NCBI GenBank assembly: GCA_003707115.1
Contig: PPNB01000010.1
Location: 186,001 to 250,000 of the forward strand
DNA length: 64,000 nt
Origin: Tortispora ganteri
Taxonomy: Eukaryota
Direction of reading: 5' to 3'
Part shown: piece by piece, positions 1 to 11,330 of the stretch
How the letters are laid out: each line of letters starts with the position of its first letter
Numbering within the stretch: position 1 is the stretch's first letter
Notes under the pieces: generated by a model
Database searches by the model: none
Told to the model about the DNA's origin: nothing
Seen by the model: only the letters and a program-made list of their open reading frames with translations
Translations under genes and position numbers: made by a program

Positions 1-813
1 TGACCACCTATTGAGAACTTCAGTTGTAATTAGTGAAAGAGATGAGTCAATGACTTTTGAATCTATTAATGCGTCATCTATAGAGTTATAATTCCGTTTT
101 GAAGAAAGAGGCTGTATTTCAGAATCAATGTTGCGTAAAAAAGAGTGCCTGATTTCGGCAATGTGACATGCTAGAGAGAGGAGCTTTTGCTTTGATTCAG
201 CTATATCGTCTTTCGATATCGAGTCCCCTATCGGCACCATATTTGATATAGTCAAAGCCTTCTGTATGTGGATTCGAGCATCTAATATTTTTTCGAAAGA
301 AGACATTTGTGATTTCACGGCCCTGCCTTTCTCTGCGGCAGCTTTCGCAGAGTCTGACATTTTGTTAGTAACCGATTTTCTTTGCGCTTCAAGAAGTTCT
401 TTAATTTGAGATCGTTCAGCGATGATATCTGCTTCGTTATGAGATGATTGTAATTGTGATTCTGACTCTGATTCAGAATTCGAGTTATTTGATTCAGATA
501 TCGATTGATCGATTTCGCTGTCTGTGTTTTCAACTTCACTTTCTGAACTTCTATCGCTGATTTCACCCCATCCGCTCGTAATTTTTGTCTCATATGAATC
601 GAATAGCTCTGCTCTTGAAGATTTATGGCCTGAATATTTCGGATCATCGATTTCGGTATCGCGCAACTTGCTTATGCCTACAGGCTCATAAGGGTCAACT
701 TCACCGTCTGATAGTGAATCAGAATCAAATCCATCAAATCCCATATCTTCGTTCTCAATATCCACATCTTTGGCAGTATTCGATTTCTCAATAAACTGTT
801 TTATAGAAACCAT
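1..813 (-). CDS. BFR2: Bfr2/AATF ribosome biogenesis protein, 5' part (runs off the window start)
   Basis: My translation from the ATG at 813 gives MVSIKQFIEK...YEPVGISKLR...DPKYSGHKSSRAEL, an acidic tract, KGRAVKSQMSSFEKILDARIHIQKAL, and EVLNRWS in the same frame at position 1. These match AATF/Bfr2 N-terminal motifs. Absent from the ORF track because there is no stop in the window. Confidence 0.85.
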   Translation of the reverse strand, partial: MVSIKQFIEKSNTAKDVDIENEDMGFDGFDSDSLSDGEVDPYEPVGISKLRDTEIDDPKYSGHKSSRAELFDSYETKITSGWGEISDRSSESEVENTDSEIDQSISESNNSNSESESESQLQSSHNEADIIAERSQIKELLEAQRKSVTNKMSDSAKAAAEKGRAVKSQMSSFEKILDARIHIQKALTISNMVPIGDSISKDDIAESKQKLLSLACHIAEIRHSFLRNIDSEIQPLSSKRNYNSIDDALIDSKVIDSSLSLITTEVLNRWS

Positions 814-1156
814 TGGGTGCTTCGTTTCTGCGTAAAAATTATACGTCTAGTTTTTTTCTTTTTTTTTTTTTGGTTTTCTCGTACTCGTTCTCTGATTTAA
901 ACTTTCTGCCTAACACAAAAATAAGAGCGTATAAGAGGTAGAGAGTGCCCATTATCACATGCATTTCACAGTTAGGAAGCACACTGTTTCCCCCTCTTCT
1001 TGGGTGACTCCCACCTCGCTTTTTTCTCCACTTAAACCTTAAAAAACCCTCTGCTCTAATACAAGTCTAGACCTCTGAACTGTGTAACCTGCAATTGAAT
1101 TGACTCTTTTTCCGTTTCTCCTCATACCCTTTTTCGTTCGCTATTTTATTTGAACA

Positions 1157-2578
1157 ATGCCTAAATCCAGAGATAGCAGCAGCAAAAACACACATGACTT
1201 TGTTTTGCGCGTCTCTTTAGATTCGGACGATCGTCTAGGCTTAATAAGTATCTGGAGAATGCTCCACCATGCTCCGAGCGCTCTTCATGACCGTTCTCGC
1301 CTGCAAAACTTATCATGGAGGACCTGGTCTCTCTCTCCAGACCATATTCCTAGTTTATCCGAAATTGAGACTTCTGCATGGATTCCTCCAAGGCGAAGGT
1401 CTAGGAAAAGGGTGTCAATCGATGCCGCTTCAGCCAACCAGAAATTCCACAACTCTCAGCAGCATGGTCCCTATACACCTACCTCTTCAAAATTAAAATC
1501 ACCAGCTTTCAGCAATTTAAAAACAACTAATTCTAACTCTTCCAACTCAACTACCTCAGTCATTCGTGGGTTCTCTTCTTCTTCTGTGTCTATTCATGCT
1601 AGAGCTCCAGATCAAACCCTCAATTCTTCCTCTGCCATAAAACAGCCCGATCCGCCGCAAATCAACAGCAGCAGCCAGCAACAACTGCCCCATAACGACG
1701 CTTCTCAAGTATCTTCAGACTTAAAATCAAAATTTTCTCGCACTTCCAAACAGTATCCCGGACGAAACGATCCTTCTCACAAAATGTTCTTCATAGATTC
1801 TAGCCCGTCGGAATCTAGTCAGATAGGTTCAATGTCCCCAGGTACTATTCGTCCAACACATACTCCGGCGCCTTCAAAATCATTGCATATTGTTTCAACA
1901 GGAATTCGCTCCTCTTCCAGAGCCAGTCCTCCCACAAATGCTACTGATGATTCCGACTGGGACTCAGTCGATGACGACTCCGACACTGCACTGCAGTTCA
2001 CACGCAACGACAGCTATATCAAGGTACCGTCTGACTCTTCGCAAAAGCTGGCCTTGAAGCGCTCCCTACTATCAACCTTGTTTCATCCATCTCATCCAGG
2101 TCTGTCTGACTTGGACACCAATTCGTCGGCGCTTCTGCGACAACAGGACCCTGCTTCCCGCAAAACATACCCTTCTGCTGAGGCTCCAGCACTCTCCGCT
2201 ATCCAATCCCGCGCTGCATCAGTTAGCACGAGACCAGACGATGAGGATTCAGATGATGATGGTCGCTTGCAGTTTGCTTCACGCCTCTCTGCCCCCTTGC
2301 GCGCCAGCTCTACTAGACTAACTGACCATAACATAGACCAAGAACTTTCTGAATCACTTCGGAAAAATCTGGTTTGGGAACATGATCGTGCTCTTCCTTC
2401 TGCTAAATCTACACTTAATCTCAAAAGAGCACATACTGTTACCAACGTTGCGGAGATGTCGAAGAAATCAGCTTCAGCGGATCAAAGACGAACGTCAGAG
2501 GACAAACTGCATGATCAGGGATATACATGGTACAATGAAAATTCAGACAGTGATGGATATCATGCACGTGGATGGTGA
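1157..2578 (+). CDS. MKS1: Mks1-like regulator (DUF1752 N-terminus, DUF3295-type C-terminus)
   Basis: RLQNLSWRTW motif, Ser-rich middle, SDWDSV, ELSESLRKNLVWE and terminal YHARGW. Confidence 0.65.
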   Translation: MPKSRDSSSKNTHDFVLRVSLDSDDRLGLISIWRMLHHAPSALHDRSRLQNLSWRTWSLSPDHIPSLSEIETSAWIPPRRRSRKRVSIDAASANQKFHNSQQHGPYTPTSSKLKSPAFSNLKTTNSNSSNSTTSVIRGFSSSSVSIHARAPDQTLNSSSAIKQPDPPQINSSSQQQLPHNDASQVSSDLKSKFSRTSKQYPGRNDPSHKMFFIDSSPSESSQIGSMSPGTIRPTHTPAPSKSLHIVSTGIRSSSRASPPTNATDDSDWDSVDDDSDTALQFTRNDSYIKVPSDSSQKLALKRSLLSTLFHPSHPGLSDLDTNSSALLRQQDPASRKTYPSAEAPALSAIQSRAASVSTRPDDEDSDDDGRLQFASRLSAPLRASSTRLTDHNIDQELSESLRKNLVWEHDRALPSAKSTLNLKRAHTVTNVAEMSKKSASADQRRTSEDKLHDQGYTWYNENSDSDGYHARGW

Positions 2579-2659
2579 ATATTTTTTATGTATAGCTTAC
2601 GATTTAACGAATTATTTTACATCTTTTGACTCTGTTTTCATCTCGTAAATTAGCAATCA

Positions 2660-5284
2660 TTACAACGAATCTAATATATCTTGTAATGCTGTTTGTATGT
2701 CTGTCGCACTGATATTTAGCTTCACTTTGCCCATTAACAGGCCCGGGGTCAAGGATTTTGTCAATATTCCAGATCTGACTAGCAATGAAATAGCAGCAGT
2801 AAGTATAGGAAGTTGCCTACCTGATTCGAAAAATTCCGTAAAAATGTGTTCTTCAGCCAGTCTGTTTGTGCTCATCTGACAAATATTCTTGCATTCATCA
2901 ATGACTTCTTCAATAGTACTTTCCTTGTTGTTTCGCCGTCGTACCAAGTTACAAGTAGCTGCTAGGGCTAAATGACAAGATAGAGGCAGCGATCTTAAGA
3001 ACGAACGAGTATTAATTTCACTGCTTTCCGCCATTGCTGCCCTCACATCTGAAATTTCGGCAACTGATTCCTTATCCTTATGCTTAGACTGTTTCATTTC
3101 AATGGCTTTCTCACAAATATGAAGTACGCGCCTCGCATCTCCACGTACCGCTGCGACACGTCGACACGCAAATTCAATCGCTTCCTTACTTATGAGTGAG
3201 TTATCTTCGACTCGTTTAGTCACAATATCAATAAGCTCTTCCGTGGAGTATCCAGGAAATAGAATTCTTGTGAGCCCAAGTCGTGACGAAGTTTTATTCG
3301 ATAGATGACGTTCTGGAATATCCATAGTATTGGCTATCGCAATGACTATCAAGTTTGAGTTTGGCATAGTAGGCCAATTAAATAGATTGTACACGCACTC
3401 AACGTTTTTCTCCAGTAATTGGTCAAGTTCGTCAACCAGAAGAACTGTTGGAATCCTGTTGCCATCTTCTTCTCTGTTGTGAAACATCTTAGTTAAGCGC
3501 TCTAAGGCTTGCTTCTTGCTTGTAGGTTCGAGAGTCATACCTTCCCATATCATTTCGTATATGACGTCCTGTGTTGTGTTTCTCATTCCGTTAATTTCTA
3601 TGTACCTGAACTCATTGATGCTACCCTGTTTCATCCAATTGAAAATCGTACTCACTGCGTGTCGAACAGTTATAGTTTTGCCTGTTCCTGGAGTTCCGCT
3701 TATGTACATGCATGAGCCAGTCTTATTGCGTATAGCAGCTGATAGTTCTGATACAATCAGGGAAAATTGTTCATCTCGGCCAGGAAGAATTCGAGGAATA
3801 TACGACAGGTGAAGTCTTCCTGTAATTTCATCCGCTTGGCTTTTCGGTTCAGATGAAGGATTCTCTGATTTATCATAAGGAAGAGGGATCAGTTCTTCGC
3901 TGTTCCTGGCAGTTGTCGTGTATCCAGCTATTTTGATTCCGGAAAACATTTTCTTTATATCATTTCTGTTAGGCAGTGACGTTAATTTTGTTGGCTTGGG
4001 CTTTCGATTCCGTCTCTTCGAGGGTGATTCATCCATAATAGGGCTATTCGCTTGATCTGACGGGATGACATCTGTCTCGCTGGCTTCCTGTTGTATTTTG
4101 AGAGTATTAGAGGAGACCTTTCCGTTGGTAACTTTCTTTGATGGAGTTTCGTCGCGTTTGGGTTTGTGATATGAAGCCTTTGTAGTGTCATTAGTGGCTT
4201 GTGCAGCATCATCGGCAGCGTGGGCATTAGAATCCAATTGACTTGATACACGCTTGATGCGAGAAGACATCCTTCTTCCACTGTCGAAGATATCTTCTTT
4301 TATTGGTGCGTGCTCATTTACCGCAGTTTGCTTGCTCAGTATCCGAGAAGACCTTCTTGGTGTTGGTTCTAATTTGAGTGTTGAGTCGGATTCTTTATCG
4401 ACCGGTTTAGGTGCTTTCTTAACCCGAGGCGATCTTCTCGGTGCAGCGTGTGTCTCTATATTAGGCTTTGAACTTAGTTCTGTGTCAGATTCTAACTTAT
4501 ATGTTTTGCGTCTGACACGAGTCGATCTTCTGGGCGTCGAAGTCGGTGTATTATCTGATAAGTCTTCCGATACAGAAGATTTCCTCTTTGCAGGAGTAGT
4601 TGGTTCTGGCTCTAAATCTGAACTGCTTTTTGAGCGATCTTCAAAAATACTTGTCTTTCCATTTATGCGGGGTGACACTTTTCGAAGAGTTTTAGTTTCT
4701 TGAACTGGTTTTTGTGTATGATCTAGAAACTCGTCATCTAGCTGTGGTGGTGAAGGAGTGTGTTCTGGAGAAGCAGGTACCATAACGGGTGTGTCCAGGT
4801 CTAGGGAAATTGCGGTTTCTGTGTCAAAGGAATCGGTTTGCGAGCGAGTGACTGAATCTATATAGAGGGGCCAGGTAATAAAATCTGTGTTCTGGTACCT
4901 ATAGAAGGTGTCCCATTTATGGTCGGGTGAGAAAGTAGGATGTGATGCCTCGGGGTTAACGAGACCGACTAGCTGGAATTGACCGTTGTAAGGTGCAGGA
5001 GATAAGTCAATTGTACTCAATATAGATTCCAACGATGTGGTGAACGTTAGCGGAGTCAAGAGCAGAGCATTAGAAGGGAAAGGTGAAGAGGAAACAAGAG
5101 CGTCGACCGAGGAAGGTTCTATCAGCTGAAGGACATCGATGAAGGAATCGTTTAAACGAATTACCAGTCCGTATGCGTTATTGCAGCATTTTATAGGAGT
5201 TCCTTTAGTAATTAGTAGGCCATCTATACGAGTAGCGGTGTATGGGTGTGTTTCGTGGATTCTCCAACTCAATCCTGAGATCAT
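2660..5284 (-). CDS. ORC1: Origin recognition complex subunit 1 (AAA+ ATPase)
   Basis: CMYISGTPGTGKT Walker A, VLLVDELD Walker B, YNLFNWP, IANTMDIPER, SSRLG, GDARR, and a long basic disordered N-terminal linker. Confidence 0.92.
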   Translation of the reverse strand: MISGLSWRIHETHPYTATRIDGLLITKGTPIKCCNNAYGLVIRLNDSFIDVLQLIEPSSVDALVSSSPFPSNALLLTPLTFTTSLESILSTIDLSPAPYNGQFQLVGLVNPEASHPTFSPDHKWDTFYRYQNTDFITWPLYIDSVTRSQTDSFDTETAISLDLDTPVMVPASPEHTPSPPQLDDEFLDHTQKPVQETKTLRKVSPRINGKTSIFEDRSKSSSDLEPEPTTPAKRKSSVSEDLSDNTPTSTPRRSTRVRRKTYKLESDTELSSKPNIETHAAPRRSPRVKKAPKPVDKESDSTLKLEPTPRRSSRILSKQTAVNEHAPIKEDIFDSGRRMSSRIKRVSSQLDSNAHAADDAAQATNDTTKASYHKPKRDETPSKKVTNGKVSSNTLKIQQEASETDVIPSDQANSPIMDESPSKRRNRKPKPTKLTSLPNRNDIKKMFSGIKIAGYTTTARNSEELIPLPYDKSENPSSEPKSQADEITGRLHLSYIPRILPGRDEQFSLIVSELSAAIRNKTGSCMYISGTPGTGKTITVRHAVSTIFNWMKQGSINEFRYIEINGMRNTTQDVIYEMIWEGMTLEPTSKKQALERLTKMFHNREEDGNRIPTVLLVDELDQLLEKNVECVYNLFNWPTMPNSNLIVIAIANTMDIPERHLSNKTSSRLGLTRILFPGYSTEELIDIVTKRVEDNSLISKEAIEFACRRVAAVRGDARRVLHICEKAIEMKQSKHKDKESVAEISDVRAAMAESSEINTRSFLRSLPLSCHLALAATCNLVRRRNNKESTIEEVIDECKNICQMSTNRLAEEHIFTEFFESGRQLPILTAAISLLVRSGILTKSLTPGLLMGKVKLNISATDIQTALQDILDSL

Positions 5285-5427
5285 GTAATTGTATAAAACA
5301 AGAGGGTAAAGTGGGAAATTGGAGAAAGGGGAAGCTACTAAAAAGAGTTAGAAAGAAAAGTGGATCCAAAAGTAAAGATACATATAGGAACAAATAAAAA
5401 TTAAGATTCGTAATATTCATACATAGA

Positions 5428-5865
5428 TTATTTTGATCGGGATTCTTGTAGTTTCTTCACTAATATTAAATCAAGAGTCTGAATCTGTGAAGATTTCTCA
5501 TGCAACAGTTTCTCTAATTGTTTGAGGTTATCATCCAACGTATCAATTCTGTGCTGGTAGAACTTTACTGCCTCGTCCAATGTCTTTTCAGTGTAATATC
5601 CAGTGCCAATATCAACAAGTACCTTGTCTGATCTAATTTGCTTTCCGGGAACGTACAGAGAAGCCGTCAGGGGAACAAGTATGGGTTTACCGTCATTCTC
5701 CTGCTTGACAGTCGCTTGCGCAGTAGCAATACAGTTACGGAACTTCCGTTGCGCTACCAGCAACTGCTCTAACGAGTTTCTCAGCGACTCAAACTCATTT
5801 TGAATAGATGACTTGATAGTTGCTAGCTCCTGAATTGGTAACTGCTCCAAGCTGACCTCTGACAT
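5428..5865 (-). CDS. GIM5: Prefoldin alpha subunit 5
   Basis: ILVPLTASLYVPG...VLVDIGTGYY motif between two coiled coils. Confidence 0.93.
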   Translation of the reverse strand: MSEVSLEQLPIQELATIKSSIQNEFESLRNSLEQLLVAQRKFRNCIATAQATVKQENDGKPILVPLTASLYVPGKQIRSDKVLVDIGTGYYTEKTLDEAVKFYQHRIDTLDDNLKQLEKLLHEKSSQIQTLDLILVKKLQESRSK

Positions 5866-5932
5866 CGTTAAATAATAGTGAATACTGTATGTATGTTGCG
5901 CGTCAGTTCACACAATTCAATCGCATTGCCAG

Positions 5933-5940
5933 CCGGGTAA
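5933..5940. promoter_or_regulatory. Reb1-type site CCGGGTAA in the 139-bp GIM5/PRP46 divergent promoter
   Basis: Exact match to the Reb1 consensus. The same octamer occurs at 28733 and (reverse) at 36763, both in promoters. Confidence 0.5.
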
Positions 5941-6004
5941 CCCATACGTCTTCATCTGTTTTCATTTTTCTTTTAGTGTCACACCCACGTTTAAACCACC
6001 GTTT

Positions 6005-7177
6005 ATGGATGATCTAGTCCGCCTAAGAAATGATGTATTTGGTAATTTGCAATGGTCTGAAGCGGTCAATGTAGATCATACACAGAGACAAAATATACGG
6101 TCTGCGCTGCTATTTCCGCGCAAGTCGACAGCCGAACATGCTGCAAATGCTGAAGCGCAAACTTCATTAATCAAGCGAGTTCCCACCGCAAATCTGTATC
6201 AATCCCCTCAAATTGAGTCCGGCGCGCTGACATTGCCGACTATAAGGCCTAAAATGCAGGATCATTTGCAATGGAAGCTCCACAGAGTCATAACGGGCCA
6301 CAACGGCTGGGTGCGCAGTGTGTGCGTCGACCCTGCCAACCAGTGGTTCGCAACTGGCTCGGCAGACAGAACTATAAAGCTTTGGAATCTAGCAACCGGA
6401 GATCTCCTGTTAACCCTTACGGGCCACATAATGGCACCACGAGCACTAGCTGTTTCCGAGAGACATCCCTATTTGTTCAGCGCAGGTGAGGACAAATCGG
6501 TCAAGTGCTGGGACCTTGAAACTAACAAAGTTGTCCGACAATACCATGGCCATCTATCGGCCGTATATGCTCTAGATATACATCCATCCTTAGACGTATT
6601 TGCCACCGCCGGCAGAGACTCCACGGTTCGCGTCTGGGACATGCGCACCAGGGAGGCCATCCACATTCTCGAAGGTCACAAGTCTACTGTTCACGCTCTG
6701 AAATGCCAAGCAGCTGACCCCCAAATCATCTCAGGATCTGCAGATGCCACCATTAGGTTATGGGATTTGGCTGCAGGAAAGACGAGTGCGGTGCTTACTC
6801 ACCACAAGAAATCCGTGCGTGCCCTAGCTCTACACCCGCGGGAGTTCACGTTCGCGTCCGCTAGCGCCGATAACATCAAACAATGGAAACTGCCTGAAGG
6901 CTCCTTCATGCTCAACTTTGAGAACCAGGAGGCTATTTATAATACACTGGCATTGAACTACGATAATGTCTGTTTTGCAGGAGCTGACAATGGACGAATG
7001 GTATTCTACGATTGGTCATCAGGCTTAGTGATTCAATCTTCCGAAACCACTAATGTTCCTGGATCTCTGGATTCTGAAAAGGGCATTTTGGCCAGCACAT
7101 TTGACAGGACTGGACTCAGATTAATAACCTGCGAATCAGATAAAAGTATAAAAATCTGGAAGGAAATTGAACAATAA
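6005..7177 (+). CDS. PRP46: Pre-mRNA splicing factor Prp46/PLRG1 (WD40)
   Basis: [60 protein letters not shown]. Confidence 0.95.
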   Translation: MDDLVRLRNDVFGNLQWSEAVNVDHTQRQNIRSALLFPRKSTAEHAANAEAQTSLIKRVPTANLYQSPQIESGALTLPTIRPKMQDHLQWKLHRVITGHNGWVRSVCVDPANQWFATGSADRTIKLWNLATGDLLLTLTGHIMAPRALAVSERHPYLFSAGEDKSVKCWDLETNKVVRQYHGHLSAVYALDIHPSLDVFATAGRDSTVRVWDMRTREAIHILEGHKSTVHALKCQAADPQIISGSADATIRLWDLAAGKTSAVLTHHKKSVRALALHPREFTFASASADNIKQWKLPEGSFMLNFENQEAIYNTLALNYDNVCFAGADNGRMVFYDWSSGLVIQSSETTNVPGSLDSEKGILASTFDRTGLRLITCESDKSIKIWKEIEQ

Positions 7178-7513
7178 TTTAATTCCAAAAAAATAAAAAA
7201 GTTCTCAATTTAATTGCAGCCGCGTTGATCAGCATTAGAGAACAGTTTTTGGGACTTTCCGATTGGAACGATCTCAAATGAAATGCAAGATAAACTCTCT
7301 AACACATCTCCTATCACACGCACTAACATATACTTGTTTAAGTCTTCCTCGGGATATTCGGATCAACATATTTAAGGCATAAATTTAAAAGTGATTTGCA
7401 ATATCTGCCTTGCTTATCCTTTTAAACTGTATACCTACGGTGCTATTTTTCTAATTTTTTCGGACTTCGCTTTGTCTTCACAAAATTAACCTGATACGCC
7501 TCTGGACATCGCT

Positions 7514-8350
7514 ATGCTATCATTTCCCTACGCCGATATTCCGCATTCTGGCTTCTGGGGCCGCGGAACTGCTACAATAGATTGGTGCGAAGAAAACTAT
7601 ATTGTGTCGCACTATATTGCCGAATTCACCAATACTCTAACAAACTCGGGTTTCGTCGCACTTGCCGTTTACGCTACTTACAACGCTTTTGCTGCCAAAC
7701 TAGAATGGCGTTTTATTTTCACCGCTATTGGTTTCGGACTGGTAGGAATCGGTTCTTGGATGTTTCACATGACACTTTGGTATGAATTTCAGCTGCTCGA
7801 TGAGCTACCAATGATATACGCCACCTGCATCCCGACATGGACTGTCCTCTCATACCGCAAGTCGCGATCCAGCTCTTTGTTTATTGCATTTGTCACTTGC
7901 ATAGGTGCAGGACTCCTAACTGCCATATACCTGAGGTATAAAGACCCGACTATTCATCAGATCGCATATGCGCTCCTGAATTGCATCGTCCTGATACGTT
8001 CCATGTATTTGATAGAGTCAGAAGTGAAGGACCCTACAGAACGCAAGAAAATGTGGTCTACCGCCGTTATTGGTATAGTCACATTCCTGAGCGGTTACGC
8101 TTTGTGGCTTCTGGATGTCCATTTCTGTAATCTTGCAAAGTCATACCGCCACGCTATTGGTCTTCCTCTGGGTTTGTTTCTCGAGGGCCATGCATGGTGG
8201 CATATCTTAACGGGGCTTGGCGTGTATTTTTACCTTGTGTTTCTCGAACACTTAAGAGTGCATTTACTTGGTATTGGCGACCAATATGAGCTTGTTAGGA
8301 TCTGGGGATATCTTCCGAGACTCGATCGCGTTCATAAGAAGACCGAATAG
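7514..8350 (+). CDS. Alkaline ceramidase (Ypc1/Ydc1 family)
   Basis: TATIDWCEENY, AEFTNTLTN, GSWMFHMTL, QLLDELPMIY, HAWWHILTG; multiple hydrophobic segments. Confidence 0.93.
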   Translation: MLSFPYADIPHSGFWGRGTATIDWCEENYIVSHYIAEFTNTLTNSGFVALAVYATYNAFAAKLEWRFIFTAIGFGLVGIGSWMFHMTLWYEFQLLDELPMIYATCIPTWTVLSYRKSRSSSLFIAFVTCIGAGLLTAIYLRYKDPTIHQIAYALLNCIVLIRSMYLIESEVKDPTERKKMWSTAVIGIVTFLSGYALWLLDVHFCNLAKSYRHAIGLPLGLFLEGHAWWHILTGLGVYFYLVFLEHLRVHLLGIGDQYELVRIWGYLPRLDRVHKKTE

Positions 8351-8612
8351 AACGTGTATATGCTAATCCCGCATGCTATTTTTAACTTTCTTCTGTGAGC
8401 CCAGGCTGTTACCCAGCATTGGCACTTCTCAATACGAAATTGCCAACTAGCATATAGAGAAGAAAAAAAAACCGAAAAGGAAAAGGAAAATATAGAGTTC
8501 TTTATTTTGAGTGATCTCTTGTATGTGAGTAGTTCGCTGGCGCATCTCGTTAACATATTTTAGACCTGTCGTGAACTTAGTTTTCAGACAACACCATCCA
8601 CTCCCACACTAA

Positions 8613-11270
8613 ATGTCAGCCAATGAGGATACAGATACGGCTGATTCTGTAATCGCTACGGAAGATAAAGTGGTTCCTAATAGGAATAATGAAATTACTG
8701 ATCCTAAAACTCAGTCAGAGCCTTTAGTTACGCAGCTCGAAACGCAGGAACCACACGTGCAGACTCCTGAGTCTGAATCGAAAAGTGTTCATTCCAGACC
8801 AAATCCAAGCAATACGCCCTTTTCTGACGCCAAGTCGTTACAATGGAATGGGTTTCTAAAAATAGTCGCGAACGTTGAACAAACATTGGACAAAGTGCTT
8901 CAGCCTGAAGATACCAGCAGTAGGAAACCAGAAGCGCATTCCCCTAGGAAATCCGAACAGCGTGGTCCAAGACTTTCTATGCAGGAACGATTAGGTAAAG
9001 TGATGCGCACAGCTACAACGTCAACCAACATTCCTTCCCGTACGAACACTCCGGTGGGCGCCACTTCTGATAGGAAAAGCATTGACAATACTCGCGATGC
9101 CAGTGCAGATCAAAACCTATTAGACTTGCAGAGCAAAGAACATCCTGCTACAAACGTGGTAAAAGATCCAACAACATTTAAAGTGCCAGATATTACAGAG
9201 AATGGCGAGCCAGAAAGCGAAATAGAGCCGGTTAGTGAAGTAAACGAAATACCCGAAAAACAACACGAATTGCACGCGCCAGAAGAAATCACACTAGAGA
9301 CTCAAGAGTCTATAACAGAGGCAGAGGTGCCACAGGTAGCTGAAAGTGGTACTGAGAAAGAAGAGCAAGAGCAAATCAATCTACAAAGGAAGACTGTTGC
9401 CAGTGAAAACGAACAGCTAGAAATGAAACCTGAGCTGACGCCGACTCCGACGCCCACACCACCAATCATGAAGAAGGAAGAAAGGGACGACGATGCAGAA
9501 TCCTTGCAGCAGAAAGTACTCTACCTGTCTAACATGCTAACTTCAGAAATACAGAAACTTAAATCAGAAGCCTCTACTATGACTGAACGAAAACTTCTTG
9601 AGAAAGATGAGCGTATTGCTCTTCTAATGTCTGAAGGAATCGAGCTCTCGAAGAAGGAACTGAAGTTGATGAATACGATAAAATCCCTGAAATCCAAGGA
9701 GCAGGAGAATAAATTGCTAGTTTCTGCACTGAGATCACGCTCAGAAAAAGCTGAGTCTGTGGCAAGAGAGGCAACTGAAAAGCTATCTAAATTGGCTGCT
9801 AACGAGAAAACACTTGATGAGACTAATGCTATCAGGAGAGAGAATATGATCCTCAAAAATCATAATGCCAGTTTATCCGAAGAACTAAAACTCGTGAAGG
9901 CCGATAATGAATCGTGTGTTAGAACAATAAATTCTCACAGCAAGACCATAGATGCTCAGCGAACAGAAATCAATACCTTAAGTACGCGATGCAAGAACTT
10001 GGAAAATTCTCTTGCAACTGAAACTGACGCAATGAAGAAGAGATCAAAGGAACTGGAGAATGAAATGAAAAGTAAAGCTCTTGAAGCAGACCAGAAGATT
10101 GCTGAAATCACCAAAGAGTATATAGAACTGGAACAAAAATACGAGGATATTCGGTCTAAATATGAAGAATATGCATTAAAATTTGGCGATAGCACATCAG
10201 CGCCAGCTGATTCTGGGCATTTGAAGAAGCAGCTCGAATCTCTTAAAGCTCAATACGAGTCTTCAATAGATTCTTCTAATGCCATTGAAGCATCCTTATC
10301 TATGCAAATATCGGAACTTGAAAGCTCGTTGCACCAATCTCGAGCTCAAACAGAAGAACTGCGTAGCCGAAATAAATCTCTAGCTGCGTCATCTCGGGAA
10401 TTACAAGAGCAGATACGCGAACTCGAGAGTAAATTGTCGGCATTAACGGGAAGCCATTATACTTCGGAGCAAGAGATTATTGCTTTGAAGGAGAATATAA
10501 GGGCTTTGCAAGAAGAACAAACCTCAACCAGAAAACTACACGAGAAAGATATGGAACGGCTAAAGGATCTTTACCAAAACAAGTTAGATTCACTGGAGGA
10601 GACTATAAAACAACTCAAAAAGGAAAAGAGAGCGTTAGAAGATACTATAGAGTCTTTACAGAGATCTCCTCGAATAAGCGTGTCTAGCCCCAGAGAGTTA
10701 AAACGATCAGTCTCGTCTAGCAATTGGGGTCCACTGGCAGAAGAAACATATTTCAGTTCGAATGCCCGTTTAACACCAGGGTTAAGAACTCCTGGGGAAA
10801 TAAGTAATCCTAACAAAGATCAAGATTTGATTATGTCTCCTACTATTGAAAATGAAAGTTTCATCGGTGGAGCAGATGATTTCAAGGAATATGATTCTCC
10901 TTTAGGAACAGCGGGTAATGCCAGCCACTTGCAACTCATCGAACGGATGGCTAATCGAGTGAGAGCAGTCGAAACTCAACTATTATCGTATAAGGATAGA
11001 TTGTCGAGATATTCGAAAGAGAGGGATTCTTTAAGATCAGAGCGACTAGAGCTCTCGAGGAAGATTCGTACCTTAGAAGAGAAGTACGAAGCATTGCAGG
11101 ACGAGCGAGATGACATTGAAAAACATGCGGCTGAAGCCAAACAGCGTGAACAAGATGCTTTAGTTTTGCTTGGTGAGAAAACTGAACGTGTGCAAGAATT
11201 GGAGCAGGATATGGAAGACCTCAAAGCACTTTACAAAGAGACAGTGACTCAGCTCTTAGGTTCTAGTTAG
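8613..11270 (+). CDS. SGM1: Golgin Sgm1/TMF1 coiled-coil protein
   Basis: EKDERIALLMSEGIELSKKELK and C-terminal LVLLGEKTERVQELEQDMEDLKALY TMF motifs. Confidence 0.88.
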   Translation: MSANEDTDTADSVIATEDKVVPNRNNEITDPKTQSEPLVTQLETQEPHVQTPESESKSVHSRPNPSNTPFSDAKSLQWNGFLKIVANVEQTLDKVLQPEDTSSRKPEAHSPRKSEQRGPRLSMQERLGKVMRTATTSTNIPSRTNTPVGATSDRKSIDNTRDASADQNLLDLQSKEHPATNVVKDPTTFKVPDITENGEPESEIEPVSEVNEIPEKQHELHAPEEITLETQESITEAEVPQVAESGTEKEEQEQINLQRKTVASENEQLEMKPELTPTPTPTPPIMKKEERDDDAESLQQKVLYLSNMLTSEIQKLKSEASTMTERKLLEKDERIALLMSEGIELSKKELKLMNTIKSLKSKEQENKLLVSALRSRSEKAESVAREATEKLSKLAANEKTLDETNAIRRENMILKNHNASLSEELKLVKADNESCVRTINSHSKTIDAQRTEINTLSTRCKNLENSLATETDAMKKRSKELENEMKSKALEADQKIAEITKEYIELEQKYEDIRSKYEEYALKFGDSTSAPADSGHLKKQLESLKAQYESSIDSSNAIEASLSMQISELESSLHQSRAQTEELRSRNKSLAASSRELQEQIRELESKLSALTGSHYTSEQEIIALKENIRALQEEQTSTRKLHEKDMERLKDLYQNKLDSLEETIKQLKKEKRALEDTIESLQRSPRISVSSPRELKRSVSSSNWGPLAEETYFSSNARLTPGLRTPGEISNPNKDQDLIMSPTIENESFIGGADDFKEYDSPLGTAGNASHLQLIERMANRVRAVETQLLSYKDRLSRYSKERDSLRSERLELSRKIRTLEEKYEALQDERDDIEKHAAEAKQREQDALVLLGEKTERVQELEQDMEDLKALYKETVTQLLGSS

Positions 11271-11330
11271 CATCATACAGTATAGTCAAAGCGTTGCAGC
11301 CAATGCGTTCGCGAGATATTCTTCAGCAGT

